Origin: Heterodontus francisci
Taxonomy: Eukaryota
DNA: 64,000 bases
NCBI RefSeq assembly: GCF_036365525.1
Contig: NC_090404.1
Location: 3,348,001 to 3,412,000, forward strand
Direction of reading: 5' to 3'
Translations under genes and position numbers: made by a program
Notes under the pieces: generated by a model
The model's database searches: none
Told to the model about the DNA's origin: nothing
The model's input: the letters and a program-made list of their open reading frames with translations, nothing else
In this document: one piece after another, positions 23,780-36,931 of the stretch
Layout: each line of letters begins with the position of its first letter
Numbering within the stretch: the first letter of the stretch is position 1

Positions 23780-26700
23780 GACATGAGGTAGAAAAGTAGC
23801 AAGCAAAATTAGAAGGCAGGCGAAACAAAGGCAAGCATCAATGAGGCTTAGAATGCAGAATAATCTCAAGAAAGCAAGGTCAAAGGCACTCTACCCGAAT
23901 GCACGCAGCATTCGCAAAAAGGTAGACGATTTAAATACACAAATAAAGGTAAAGGGGTATGATCTAATTGCCACTATGGAAACGCGGCTACAGGGTGACC
24001 AAGAATGGGAACTGAACATTCAAGGATATTAGACATTTAGGAAGGACAGAAAATAGGGAAAAGGAGGTGGTTTGCACTGATATTAAGGGATGGGATCAGT
24101 ACATTAGTAAGGGAGGATCTCAGATCGGAAGAGCAAAATGTGGAATCTGTTTGGGTGGAGCTAAGAAACAGCAAACATTGGTACGAGTTGTTTATATGCC
24201 ACCAAACTGTAGTGTTGGTGTGGGAAATGGTATGAATCAGGAGTTTAGAGAAGCATTTAGCATGGATAATACAGTAAATATGGGTGACTTCAATCTGCAT
24301 GTAGACAGGGTAAATCTACTGAGCACTAATGTTGTGGAGGACAAGTTTCTGGAGTGTGTTTGGGTTAGTTTTCTAGAACAGTATGTTGAGGAACCGACTG
24401 GAGAACAGACCATTTTAGATATAGTATTATGTAATGACAAAGGGCTAATTAATAATCTTGTTTTAAAAGAACCTTTAGGGATGAGTGATATAATATGATA
24501 GAATTTTATATTGTGTTTGAAAGTGAGGTAGTTAATCTGAAATTAGGGTGTTAAGTTTGAATGAAGGAAATTATGAAGTTATGTGGGGCAAATTGGATGA
24601 GATGGATTATGAAATACATTAAAAGGTCTGACAGTATATAGGCAATGGATAGTCTTTAAAGAAATATTACATAGTTTACAGCAACTATACATTCCTTCAA
24701 GGCACTAAACCCCCTACCTCCCCGCCCCCCACCAAAAAACGATAGTCAACCATGGATAACAAAGGAAGTTAACGATTGTATAAGATTAAAAGAAAAGGCC
24801 TTTAAAGTTGCCAGAAATAGTAAACCTGAGGATTAGGAAGATTTTGAAATACAGAAAATGAGGACCAAGAAACTGACACAGAAAGAGAATAGAATATGAA
24901 TGTCAACTAGCAATGACATAAAACTGGACTGCAAAAGCTTCATTAGGTACACAAAAAGGAAACGTTTGGCTAAGACAATTGTGGGTCCATTACAGGCACA
25001 TTCAGGAGAATTTATAATGGAGAATAGAGAAATGGCAGAGAAGCTAAATGATTATTTTTTGTGTCTGTTTTCACTGAGGAAAATACAAGAAATCCCCCCG
25101 AATTAGAATCCTGGGGACTGGAGAGAATGAGGAATTGAAGGAAATTAGTATCAGTAAGAAGGTTGCATTGGAGAAATTAATGCGGCTGAAGTTTGATATG
25201 TACCAGGAACCGGATATTTTACATCCCAGAGTGTTGAAAGAGGTATCTATGGAGATAGTGGATAGATTGGTGATCATCTTCCAAAATTCTATAGATTTTA
25301 AAAGGTAGCAAATGGCACCACACTATTTAGGAAGGGAGGGAAAGGGAAAACTGGGAAATACAGACCTGTTAGCCTTGCATCAGTAGTAGTGCAAAAGCTA
25401 GAATCTATTGGAAAGGATGTGCTAAATGGACATTTGGGATAATAATGATTATGATTGGGCAGAGTCCACATGGATTTATGAATGGGAAATCATGTTTGAC
25501 GAACCTGTTGGAGGTTTTGATTATGATTAGAGATACAGCACTGAAACAGGCCCTTCGGCCCACCGAGTCTGTGCCGACCATCAACCACCCATTTATACTA
25601 ATCCTACACTAATCCCATATTCCTACCAAACATCCCCACCTGTCCCTATATTTCCCTACCACCTACCTATACTAGTGACAATTTATAATGGCCAATTTAC
25701 CTATCAACCTGCAAGTCTTTTGGCTGATGTTGCTAACAGAATTGATAAAGGGAAGTTGGTGGATTTTCAGAAGGCTGTTGATAAACGTCCCCACAGGAGG
25801 TTGCTTTGCAAATGTAAGGCACATGGGATAGGAGGTAATGTACTGGCATGGATTGAGGATTGGTTAACAGGCAAAAGACAGAGTAGGAACAAACAGGTCA
25901 TTCTTGCATTGGCAGGCTGTGACTAGTGGGGTACTTCAAGAATCAATGCTTGCGCCCCAGCTGTTCACAATATGATTTGAATGTGGGGACCAAAAGTAAT
26001 ATTTCCAAGTTCACGGATGACACAAAACTAGGTGGGGATGTGTATTGTGAGGAAGATGCAAAGCGGCTTCAAGGGAATTTGGATAGACTTAGTGAGTGTG
26101 TAAGAACATGGCAAATGGAATACAATGTGGAGCAAATGTGGCGTTATCCACTTTTGTCAGAGAAATAAGTGTGAAGAGATTAGAAAGTGCAGAGGTACAA
26201 AGGGACCTGTCCTCCTTAATAAGTCACTGAAAGATAACATGCATGTGCAGCAAGCAATTAAGAAGGCTAATGGTATGTTAGCCTTTATGGCAAGGGAATT
26301 TGAATACAGGAGTAGTGAAGTCTTGCTTCAATTGTATAGAACCGTGGTTAGACTGCACTTGGAGTACTGTGTGCACTTTTGGTCCCCTTACCTTAAGAAG
26401 GATATTATTGTCATCGAGGGAGTGCAGCGAAGTTTCACAAGACTTGTTCCCGGGATGGTGGGACTGTCCTATGAAGAGAGATTGGTGAAATTGGGCCTGC
26501 ATTCTCTAGAGTTTCGAAGAATGAGAGATGATCTCATTGACACCTACAAAATACTTAAAGGGATAGACAGGGTAGATGCAGGTAAGATGTTTCCCTGGGA
26601 AATCAGTCTGGTTTAGATGCGGCAATAAAATGCCAGGAGACACAATTTCAAAATAAGGGGCAAGCCACTTAGAACCGAGATGAGGAAAAAACACTTTACT

Positions 26701-26885
26701 CAGAGGGTTGTGAATCTTTGGAATTCTCTACCCCAGAGGACTGTGGAAGTTCAATCACTGAGTTTGTATAAAATAGAGATTGACAGATTTCTAAATACTA
26801 ATGACATAAAGGGATATGGAGATTGGGTGGGAAAAGACATTGAAGTGGATGATCATCCATGATCGTATTGGTTCCTATGTTCTTA
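23780..26885 (+). mobile_element. CR1 LINE ORF2 (APE plus RT), disrupted, nested in the older CR1
   Basis: NARSIRKKVDDL...ETRL, VYMPPN, MGDFN, LDIVL (APE domain); DFQKAVDK, FTDDTK, LEYCVHFWSP (RT). Confidence 0.9.
25525..25722 (-). mobile_element. 5'-truncated HE1-like SINE nested in CR1
   Basis: Near-identical to the 3' half of 4386-4735. Confidence 0.9.
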
Positions 26886-27253
26886 ACCGGAGAACACAGA
26901 TTGAATATAATTGGTCAAAGAACCAGAGGCGACATGAAGATAAAAAAAGAATAAGCAGCAAATTGTTATGTTCGGGAATAAACTGCAGCAAGGCTGGTGG
27001 AGCCCAATTCAATAAGAACTTTCAAAAGGGAATTGGATAAATACTCAAAAGGGAAAAGAAACATCATTCCGGGTTCTTGGTAAGATTCGGATAATGGGAC
27101 TAATTGAATTGTTCTTTAAACAAGCCTGTACAGGCATGATGGACTGAATGGCCTCCTTTCGCGCGGTATAATTCTATGATTCTATGAGCTGCTGTCAACG
27201 GTAAATTTATTGGTGCTTGATGATGGAGGAAATAGCGGCATTTCCCTTTGTTC

Positions 27254-27292
27254 TGTTTTTGCACTGATCTGGGTCAGATCCTTTTCACTGTG
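27254..27292 (-). other. V3 23-RSS
   Basis: CACAGTG-23-GCAAAAACA. Confidence 0.93.
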
Positions 27293-27760
27293 CCGCATTG
27301 CACAATAATAAGTAGCGGAGTCTTCCATTGTCAAACTGCTGATAGCCAAAGTGAAGATATTGTTTGAAAGGTCTTTGGAAGCAATAACTCGATTTCTAAA
27401 CTCTTGACTGTACTGTTTGCTGTCTTCACTATAGTACGAGACTATCCAATCCAGGCCCTTCCCGGGATGTTGTCGGTACCAACACATCCAGTAGCTGCGG
27501 AGATCGAACCCGCTGGTTTTACAGGTCAGTGTCTGGGATTGTCCCGGACGCCGCGTTTCTACCTCTGGCTGAGTCAATATCACATCCGACTGGACACCTA
27601 TAAAACGAAAGAAGCATTGATTATGGTGAATTGACTCGTGGCACTGTAACACCTCGATGAGGGGTTCTCGGCGTAAGAGAAACATTAGAACAATTGGGAA
27701 TAATTCGAGCTACGCACGGGATAAAAAACCCAGCAACAGGCTGAGACATATTGGTGACAT
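27293..27760 (-). CDS. V3: IgM-VH-like germline V segment, apparently functional (leader 27718-27760, V exon 27293-27597)
   Basis: [29 protein letters not shown]...YWMCWYRQ...[14 protein letters not shown] intron and RSS present. Confidence 0.92.
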
Positions 27761-28806
27761 CTTGCGTCTTGGCAACTGGCTATGTTAGAGTCCGGTGGCT
27801 CCAGTCACTCACTGAGCAAATCAGTCACGGGAGTTTATGCAACCGGCAGAGGGGGCGGGTTTGAAGGCACAAACTATTGGTCACATGCAATTGACGATGA
27901 CAGGAAGCACATGACGGCATCCACATCAACAGACAGAGCGACTACAATGACACATTAACAAAGTTGACAATTTGAACAGTACTCCTTATGGTTTCAGTAT
28001 TGCCATTGTATGGAGCGCAAAAATATTATTTCGTGTTAAATGTTAATGTTTTTAGGACTGTGTTTAATATAGAATCCTAGAGCACAACCTGCTTCCCCGT
28101 CTCTTTGAATCTGCTTCCATCATCCATTCAGACAGTGCATCCAGATCACAACCTCTTGTGAGAGACTGGAAATGGATTCAACATTTTAAAATGAACTGAA
28201 TAAATAGTTGAAGGGAAAAGACGCTTACAGGGCTATGGGCAAGAAGCAGGGGAATGGGATTAATTGACCGACCCTACCAAAACAGCCCGCACAGACACTA
28301 ACAGGCGCTTTGTGCGCTGTATATTTGGATGATTCTATGAAATGTCACCCCACGTTATTTATAGGGAACTGAAGGGTTAAAGTACATAAAAGGAAATTGA
28401 ACATTAACGAGGAATTGTGCAATATGTTTGTTCTTGCATTCTGTGCGTTTTCAGGAGGTTTGAACAGGTGAGAGAACGCTATTATTCGAACCCCACATAA
28501 ACCTAACAATTGGGACCCTATAACCGACAAATGTGAAATTCACGTTCATGCATTTGTTTAACGGTTATGGCTTTAAACGATGTAACAAGTATTGGCTTGT
28601 CTTGGGCAACCATGAGCAGCTGGAGCGTGACTGGTGTCTTCCTTGGTAACATTGGCTAAAATGTCTTATGTTTCTGTGACCCTTCGAGTGTTAATGATGT
28701 CTCTCCCGGAAAGAGGGCTCGGCGGATTTTCTGTAAGATCTGATGGTTAAAGTGAGTGAAGGTGGACGGTGTTTTCTGCTGCCTTTTTCTGTATCTCTCC
28801 TGTCTG

Positions 28807-28845
28807 GGTTTTTGCACCAGCTCAGTCAGGCTTCCTCTGGCTGTG
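28807..28845 (-). other. V4 23-RSS
   Basis: CACAGCC-AGAGGAAGCCTGACTGAGCTGGT(23)-GCAAAAACC. Confidence 0.88.
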
Positions 28846-29696
28846 TGTTGGCTGCACAGTAATAAACGGCAGCATCCTCTGCCGCAATTCTGCTCATTCC
28901 TAATGAGAAGGTTGAGCTGGCGGCTGAAGCAGAGAATCGGTCTCCAAGCCCAGAAGCATAACTGATATCAGACGAGTCGTAATATCTGGCTACCCATTCC
29001 AGTTTCTTCCCTGGAAGCTGTCGATACCAGTACATAACGTAGTCATCAATGTCACCCCCAGACATTTCACATGAAAGCTGATGCGACCCCTCAATCTTTG
29101 CGATAGCCGAAGCTGACTGGCTCAACACGAGGTCAGAGCAGGCTTCTGTTGATAGGAAGAAAGAACAGGAGCATTTAGATTGAAGTAGAAAAATAATTTA
29201 ACTTACAATTTTCGCATACAGAATGTCCAGCTAAGAAATAGTCGATTCGGCTCATATAGTCTATTCCAGTATCCATGCTGCACACGCGAATCCTCCACTC
29301 TCTTTACCTCACATCTCCCAATTGACTTACCCTGCTATTCCCTTCTGCCTTGTGTATTTCCCTAGCTGCTTAAGCAGTGAGTTACGCATTCCCACCACAC
29401 TCTGAATAAAATGGTTTTCTGAATTCGCGATTGAATTTATTATTTATGTTATAAGTATGGTTCCTCGCCTTGGACTCCACCACATTCTCCACATCTTCTG
29501 GACGTCTACCCTCTCAATCCCTTTCAGAATTTTAAAGACCTCGATTCTGTCTTCCCTTTTTGTGAGAAAATAGCTCCAGCTCTTCAATATGTCCTGATCA
29601 TTGTTTTTCGCAATGTGCTATTGCCGTGAAAAACAGGAAACGAAACTCACGGGCAGCAATAGCTAGAATCACACCGAGACATGTGGCGATTTCCAT
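28846..29696 (-). CDS. V4: second-family (IgW-VH-like) germline V segment, open frame (leader 29651-29696, V exon 28846-29145)
   Basis: MEIATCLGVILAIAAQACS-DLVLSQSASAIAKIEGSHQLSCEMSGGDIDDYVMYWYRQLPGKKLEW...EDAAVYYCAA. Donor C|GTGAGT, acceptor TCAACAG, 505 bp intron. Confidence 0.88.
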
Positions 29697-29794
29697 GACA
29701 GGGGTCTTCTGAGACTGATTAGCTGCCCGGACTCCTGGTCGAATCTGGGGCAGCGGAACACGATTTTCGGCGTAACTAGTTCCATTTGCCACTG

Positions 29795-32260
29795 TTGCAC
29801 CCATCTGTCCAGTTCATTCATATGTTCCTTTGACTTGTAGTTTCTCCTTCATTATCAACCACACAGCCAATTTTTCTATTGTCTGCAAAATTCTTAATTG
29901 TACCCCTTACAGTCAAGCCCAAAACAGCAAGAAACCATTACTGACCCCTGTGGAACTCCACTGGAAACCGCCTTTCAGTCACAAAAAAGACCACTGACCA
30001 TTACACTTTGTTTCCTGCCTGTTATCCAATTTTGGATCCGTCATGCCACTTTGCCTTGGATTCCATGTGCTTTTACTTTCACGACCAGTCTCCCATATGG
30101 GACTTGCTAAAATCCAAATAGACTGCATAAAATGCACTACACTCATCAACCCTTCTTGTTATTGCCTCAAAACAATCAATCTTGTTAGTCAGACATGACC
30201 TTACCTTAAAAACTCCTTGCTGAATGTCTTTGATTGATCCGTGTCATTCTAAATGAAAATTTATCCTGTCCCTCAGATTTTTTCCCCAATAAGTTTCCCA
30301 CCAGCGTGGTTAGATAGTCGTTCTATCCATTTCTCCCTTTTTAAGTAATGATACAATTTTAGCTGTCCTCTGGCACAAGACCTAGAGGCAGACGTTATTG
30401 GAAAATGATGATCAGATCTTCTGCTATTTCTTCTGTTGCTTCCCTTAACAGCCTAGGATACAATTCATCTGGGCCTGGGGATTTATCCTCTTTCAAAGAT
30501 GCTAAACCCTTTAATACTTCTTCTCTCACTACTTAAATTTCTTCTAGTATTTCACACTCCTCCCTCCTGATTGCAATATCTGACTTGTCCCTCCCTTTTG
30601 TGGAAAGAAAAGCAAATTATTCATTCAGAACCATTATCAACGTCTTTCGCCTACACATGCAGATTACTCTTGTGGTCCGTAATTGGCTCTATTCTTTCTT
30701 TAGTTATCCTCTTGTTATTTATGCATTTATTTTAAAAAAATCATTGGGGTTTCCTTGATTTTACTTGTCAATATTTTTTTCATGCGCGCTCTTTGTTTTC
30801 CTAATTTCCTTTTTAATTTTATCCCTACACTGTTTATACTTTTCTAGGCTTTCTGCATCATTGAGCCCTTGGTACCTGTCATTTGTTTCTCCTTTTTCTC
30901 CTTTCCTTTAAGCCCCTGAACTTCCAGGGGGCTCTGTATGTGTTAGTCCCTCTCATTTTCTTTAAGGAAACATACTTTATTTTAACCCTTGCTATCTGTT
31001 ACTTGAATGCCTCCACTGATCTGGTACTGATGTAGCTTCTAAAAGCTGTTTCCAGTCCACTTTAGCTAACTCAAAACTCAGTTCAGTAAAATTAACTTTT
31101 CCCCAATTGACAACTTTCATTCTTGGTGTATCTTTGTTCATTTCCATAAATACCCCAAATCTAACTGAATTATGATGACTTCCACCAAAGTGGTCCCCAG
31201 CTAATACACCTTGCAACTGCCCAGCTTCATTCTCAAAACTAAGTCCAGAACTGTCTCTTGTTGGGCTTGCTACGCAGTGGCTAAAACATTTCCCTGAAGT
31301 GAATTTTAAGAATTCTGTACCCTCTGTGCCCTTCACACTAAATCTATCCCAGTCAATATTGGGATAATTGAAACCCCCACTATTACTGCCTCATTTTTTT
31401 TCACTTCACAGAGATTTTCCTACATATTTGCTCTTATATCTCTCTCCGACAGTTTGAGGGTCTGTGTTCTCAGCTATCTGCCCTGGACTCGAGACCTCTT
31501 GCTTTGTTTATACCATTTATCACTGCCAAACTCTCTTGTTGTCTGTTTCCCAGACTTTGTTTCCTTCGGTTTCCAAACAAGCTTACTAATTTTCTCCCTT
31601 CCATTTCCAATTTTTCTTCTCTTGCCTCTGAATCTTCTCTCGCTTTCCCATCCAGCTGCCATGTTAGTTTAAACGCGCCCCCTGCCAGAATATTGGTCCC
31701 CGACCTGTTGAGGTGCCGCCAGTCTGGCTTGTACAGGCCCCACCTCCCCCAGAAGCGGTCCCAATGCCTCAGGAATCAAAAGCCCTGTTTCCTGCACCAT
31801 CCGTCCAGCCACGTGCTCATCTGCTCAATCTTACTATTTCGTTACTCACAAGCACGTAGCACTGGAAGTAATATGGGGATGACTACCTTTGAGGTCTGAT
31901 TTTCAATCTGTCGCCGAGCTCCCTAAATCTTCCTGCAGGAATTTATCCCTCTTTTGGCTTTTGTCATTGGTGCTCAGATGAACCACAGCCTCTGGCTGTT
32001 CACCTTCTCCCCGCAGACTGTCCTTTAGCCGCTCAGTGACATCCATGCTCTGGCACCAGGGAGGAAACATAACCATCCTGGAGTCACGTCTGTGGCCGGA
32101 GAAGCTCCTGTTTCACCTCGTCATTATCGAATACCCTATTATTATTGCTCTTCCAGTCTTGTTCCCACTCCCCCCCAACCGCGTGCAGCTGACTCACCCA
32201 TGGTGTCATGGATTTAGCTCTGCGTCCACTTCCCGGAGAAACCATCACTCTCATTAATAT
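29795..32260 (-). mobile_element. Degenerate CR1 LINE inserted in the V4 promoter region
   Basis: Minus-strand APE/RT remnants (HFGGSHHNSVRF, NWGKVNF, GVPQGS-like) and CR1 ORF1 esterase-like remnants. Confidence 0.7.
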
Positions 32261-33629
32261 TCAATATTGTTTGGACGGGCATGGGTTCGAATCCCACCGT
32301 GGCAGATAATGAATTCAATTAATAAATCTGCAATCATGAAAAGCTAGTCTAATGGTGACCAAGAAACTACATACATCCTTCAGGGAAGGAAATCTGCCGT
32401 CCTTAGCTGGTCTGACCTACATGTGAATCCAAACCCACAGCAATGTGGTTGACTCTACATGCCTACTGGAATAGCCTAACAAGCCACTCAATTCAAGGGC
32501 AATTACGGATGGGCAATAAATGCGAGCGACGCCCATCCCAAGAACGAATAAAAACAAAGTTCATTGTTCCTCAAACTCTCGACTCTTGTGCATTCCCTAC
32601 CCCCCTTCCCCCGCCTCCTCATCGCAGCTTTGGCAGCGTGCCTTCAGGCATCTTGGCCCTGCCCTCTGGAATTTCCTCCATCATCTACCTCCCGACCTCT
32701 CTTTCACCTTTACGATGTTGCCTAAAAGCTACCTTTGTGATGAAACATTTAGCCACCGGGTCTAACATCTCCCTATAGGGCTGGGTGCCCAATTTTATTT
32801 TGGAATGCGCGCCCTGGAATATTTTTCTATGTTAAAGGGGCCAAGTGTATAAATGCAACAGTTGTTGTTGTTGCATTACATTGTAAGGTTTGGTGCATAA
32901 CCGACCCCGTAAATGTGACGCATAGCGCCATCTTATGCATATGATGCCTGCCAATGAATTTGTGTTTTCTTGCTGGTGTACATAATTAGCAATAAAACAA
33001 GAGGGAGCTGAAGATTTTCGTTATGGAACAATTTGAAATCATGTGGAATACACTGCCTGAAATTGTGGTGGAACAGAATCAATATTACCTTACAAATGCG
33101 AGTTGAACATATACTTGAAACGTGAGCAATTTCAGGGCTATGTTGCAAGAAACAGGAGTGGGATTAGTTGATTCGCTCATTTTAGGGTCGGGAGAGGTGC
33201 AGTGGCCCAAACAGCGTTTCTTTGCTGTATCACTCTATGTTTCTATAGATGCCCTACGTTCTTTGAGGAATTCAGTAACATCAGATGTGTCGACAATTCA
33301 GTCTTTTTTATCCTGGCATCCAGGAACAGGAGTCGGCCATTTAAATCATTGTATTTAATAACAAAGGCTCAGGCGTCCATCATTCAAAGCATAAATACCA
33401 AAAGGGTAATCCGCCATGCGACCCAGTGTATCTAAACCTTAGAAATAAAATTCAATTAGAGACCAACTCAGTGATATTCTTGTGGGGCAAGTGAGCATGG
33501 CCGAGGTACTAAATGCGTATTTTCCATTCATCTTCACGAAAAGGGAGGTTGCTGCCATTGCCACAGTCGAGAAGGGGAGAGTAGAGCAACTTTATAGCAT
33601 AAAATAAGTAATGACATCAAGGCAGCACT

Positions 33630-35650
33630 CGAGCGATTCTGACACCAAAGAGCCCGAGTGAAATAAAGTCATTGGGGATCAGGGCGGAAACCTACCACTG
33701 CCTGGAGTTATATCTGGTACAAGGGATAATCGTCGAGGTCGTTTGAGGCCAATCATCTCAGTCCTAGCGCAACACTGCAGGAGTTCCTCAGAGCAGGGTC
33801 CTAGGCCCAAACATCTACAGTTGCTCCATCAATGACCTTCCCTTCATTGTGAGATCAGTTTTGGGGGATTTGTTTCCTGAAGATTGCAGAATGTTCAGTT
33901 CCATTCGCAATTTCACAGATAATGAGGCATTCTGTGCCCACATGAATTCAGACTTGGACAACATCCAGAGTTGTGCTGGAAATTGTGAAAATCATTCGCA
34001 CCACGCGACTGTCAGAGAATCTTCAACAAGGGAGAGCCTAATCACGTCTCTTTGACATTGTACGACACAACGATCATCGAATCTACCATCATCAACATAT
34101 CAGCAGCGCGGTCGCAAGATTGAAAAGGCATTGGGGGAGCCAGATAAATACCACATAAATAATGTAGCGATAACAACAGGTCAGATGCTGTGAGTACTGT
34201 GGGGAGTGACTCAAGTCTTGACTCCCCAAAGCCTTTCCATCACCTACAGGGAAAAAATAAGGAGTATGATCGAATAACATTCAAACTCCTGACTTATACT
34301 TTGTGGGATGATTTGCATTTTCCTGAAAGAATGGAACTCCAACAACATTAAAGTGTCTTGTCACCATTCAGAACAAATAAAGCTGTATGAAAACCATTCC
34401 AACCATGTTAAACATTTGCTCCCTGCGCCACCATTGGGACATAGTTGCAGAGTGCAACGCAAACAAGATGCACGGCAGCAACTCGCCAATTCGTAATCGA
34501 ATGCATCTCCCAAAACTGCTTTATCCACCACCTAGAACGAAAAGAGCAGCATGATCCACTTGAAGTATTGTTATGGCCACGTCATAAGTGGTGTGGGTGA
34601 TTCTCGCTCCTGATAGCAGGAGGTGTCTTTGTTATCAGGTTTTAAACCCCTTTGTGTTTTATGAATGATTTATTGAGCAATACGCCTAATCCAGAAATTG
34701 GCACCACCGCACCCACTCACACAGTCACTTAAACTCTCTCTGTCACCCACACACACGCACAGGAAGAGACAGATAGAGAGGAAGAGGGGCACGTGGTTTG
34801 AAGTGAGGTAGCGTTTTGGGATTCATGGTAAAACTGTTGAATTCTCTCAGAGGTAAAGTTCTCTTTACTTGAAGGCCTGTGGTGTTTGTAGATTTCTCTG
34901 TTGGTTGAAAGTTCAGCTTGAGGACAGGGAATCACTTCCGATGCTCTGCTGCACACATTGAAATGTAGAATTCACAACAGGGAGTCTTCCTTTCTGACTT
35001 GCTGGATTTTCTCCCATCTCTCTAAGCTTTGGTGATGCTTTTCTCAGGCTCCCCCCCTCTCTTCTGAGAGCTGCCTTAAAAGCTAAACGTTTTTCACAGC
35101 TCGCCTCTGTTGGTAGACAGAGATTTTCTACCATGTGATGACCAACAATGTCCCAGGATGTGGCTACTTCACATCATCTTTGTTTCAGAAGAACCCATTC
35201 AATGCAAAATGTCTCTTGATAGATTCATGATGGGTGCGATTGACACCTCCAGCTTTGAATGTGTTCTTTCTCTTTGGCAGTCAGTGTGAATGTGAATATA
35301 AAAAGGCAATGACTTTGGCCCTTCGGCGGTAATGTTTGAAGCACATTGTGCGCTTTATTCCAAAGAAAAGTAAATTTTTATAACCCTTTCGGTTGAACTC
35401 CTGTAGTTTAAATCGCAGCACTTTGCGTGAGCGTCGGAGTACACAGCATCCTAATGCAGCAATATACCGGCGTTCCTTTATAGGCATAGGGTTAAAATCA
35501 TGGCAATCCCTCCATAAGAGCACTGCAGGTGTATCCTCACCACATGGACTGCAGCTGGTCAGGAAAATGGCTCGCCGTGAACTTCTCAAGCACAAATCAG
35601 CTTGAACAATAAATATTGCTGTTGTCGGTGACGTCCAAACCCCGTTATTT
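33630..35650 (+). mobile_element. Degenerate L2/Crack-like LINE interrupted by an ~850 bp unclassified insertion (about 34568-35415)
   Basis: GVPQ-VLGP and FPED (FADD) remnants. The LINE 3' end resumes after 35420. Confidence 0.55.
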
Positions 35651-35681
35651 AAATAACAATATAAAACATAAGAAATGCTCG

Positions 35682-35867
35682 TTCTTCGGAACTAGAAGCA
35701 GAGTTAACGTTTCGGGTCAGTGACCCTTCGAGATCCGAAGAAGGGTCACTGACCCGAAACATTAACTCTGCTTCTCTTTCCACAGATGCTGCCAGACCTG
35801 CTGAGTGGTTCCAGCATTTCTTGTTTTTATTTCAGATTTCCAGCATCCGCAGTATTTTGCTTTTATG
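35682..35867 (+). mobile_element. Penelope-derived short insertion with a hairpin (inverted pseudo-LTR piece)
   Basis: Perfect 13 bp TSD TAAGAAATGCTCG at 35669-35681 and 35868-35880. 36 bp inverted repeat at 35694-35729 / 35740-35775. Confidence 0.8.
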
Positions 35868-36931
35868 TAAGAAATGCTCGGTTGCAGAGGGAGGTGAGAA
35901 TGAAAATTACAAAGTTCTATGATCAATCATCTACATTTTTGGGATAAGGGTATGGTGCCACTGGACTGAAGGACTGCAGAAGTTATATATTTCCTCAAAT
36001 AGGGGAGAGCGATAAACCAGACATTGCAGGCGAGTCAGCCTAACATCAAGGGTGGGGAATGTTTGAGATTCATTAATGCGGGGCAGAATTAATTGGCACT
36101 TGGAGAAAGATGGATTAATAAATGAAAATCAGCATGTATTTGTTAGGCAAAAGGCAGTAACTTGATTGAACTCTTTATGTAACTGAGAGTATGGAGGAGG
36201 GCAGTGTGATTAATGTGTGTATATTGATCACCAGACGGTCTTTGATAAAGTACTGTGTAATTGACTTGGAAGCAAATTTTAAGCCCATGCAATTTATGGG
36301 GCAGTGGCCGTGGGTGTGTGATATTAGCTAAGGACTGGAAAGCTGAGTAGTGGTGAAAACTTTTACTTTTGGACGGGAAGGAATAGCGCAATAGTTATCG
36401 ACAGTGATCGGTGTTGGGATCATAATACCTCTTATTGTACATAAATGATCTGGACTTTGGGATACAGGCCAAAATTTGAAAGTTTTGTGATGACGCGAGA
36501 CACGGTAATTTAGTAAACAGTGAGGCCATGAGTAACAGACCTTAGGAAGACAAACATATAGACTATTTTGTAAATAGGCAGAAGCTTGGCAGATGACTTT
36601 TAATGCAGAGAAATGTAACGTGATTCAGTTTGACTGGAACAAAGCAGATAGATAATCTAAACTAAAAGGTACAATTCTAACAGGGGTGAAGGAACAGGTT
36701 GCATGTGCACACGTCTTTGAAAGCGGCAGGATAAGATGAGAAGTCTGTTAAGAAGCGAAATTGTATCCTTGATTGGGACTAATGAATATCACTTTGAAAA
36801 TGCTGGCAAAAGCACGTTGGGCCAAATGACCTCCTTCTTTGCTGTGTAGTTCTATTATTCCACGAAGTGCTGTCAACAGTGGATTTATTCCTGTTTGCTG
36901 ATGGCAGAAATTCCTCAGTTACATCTTCTTC

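Noticed and set aside
28300-28800. D segments downstream of V4 (and of V10 at 60450-60900)
   Set aside because: No paired heptamer/nonamer signals found in either copy.
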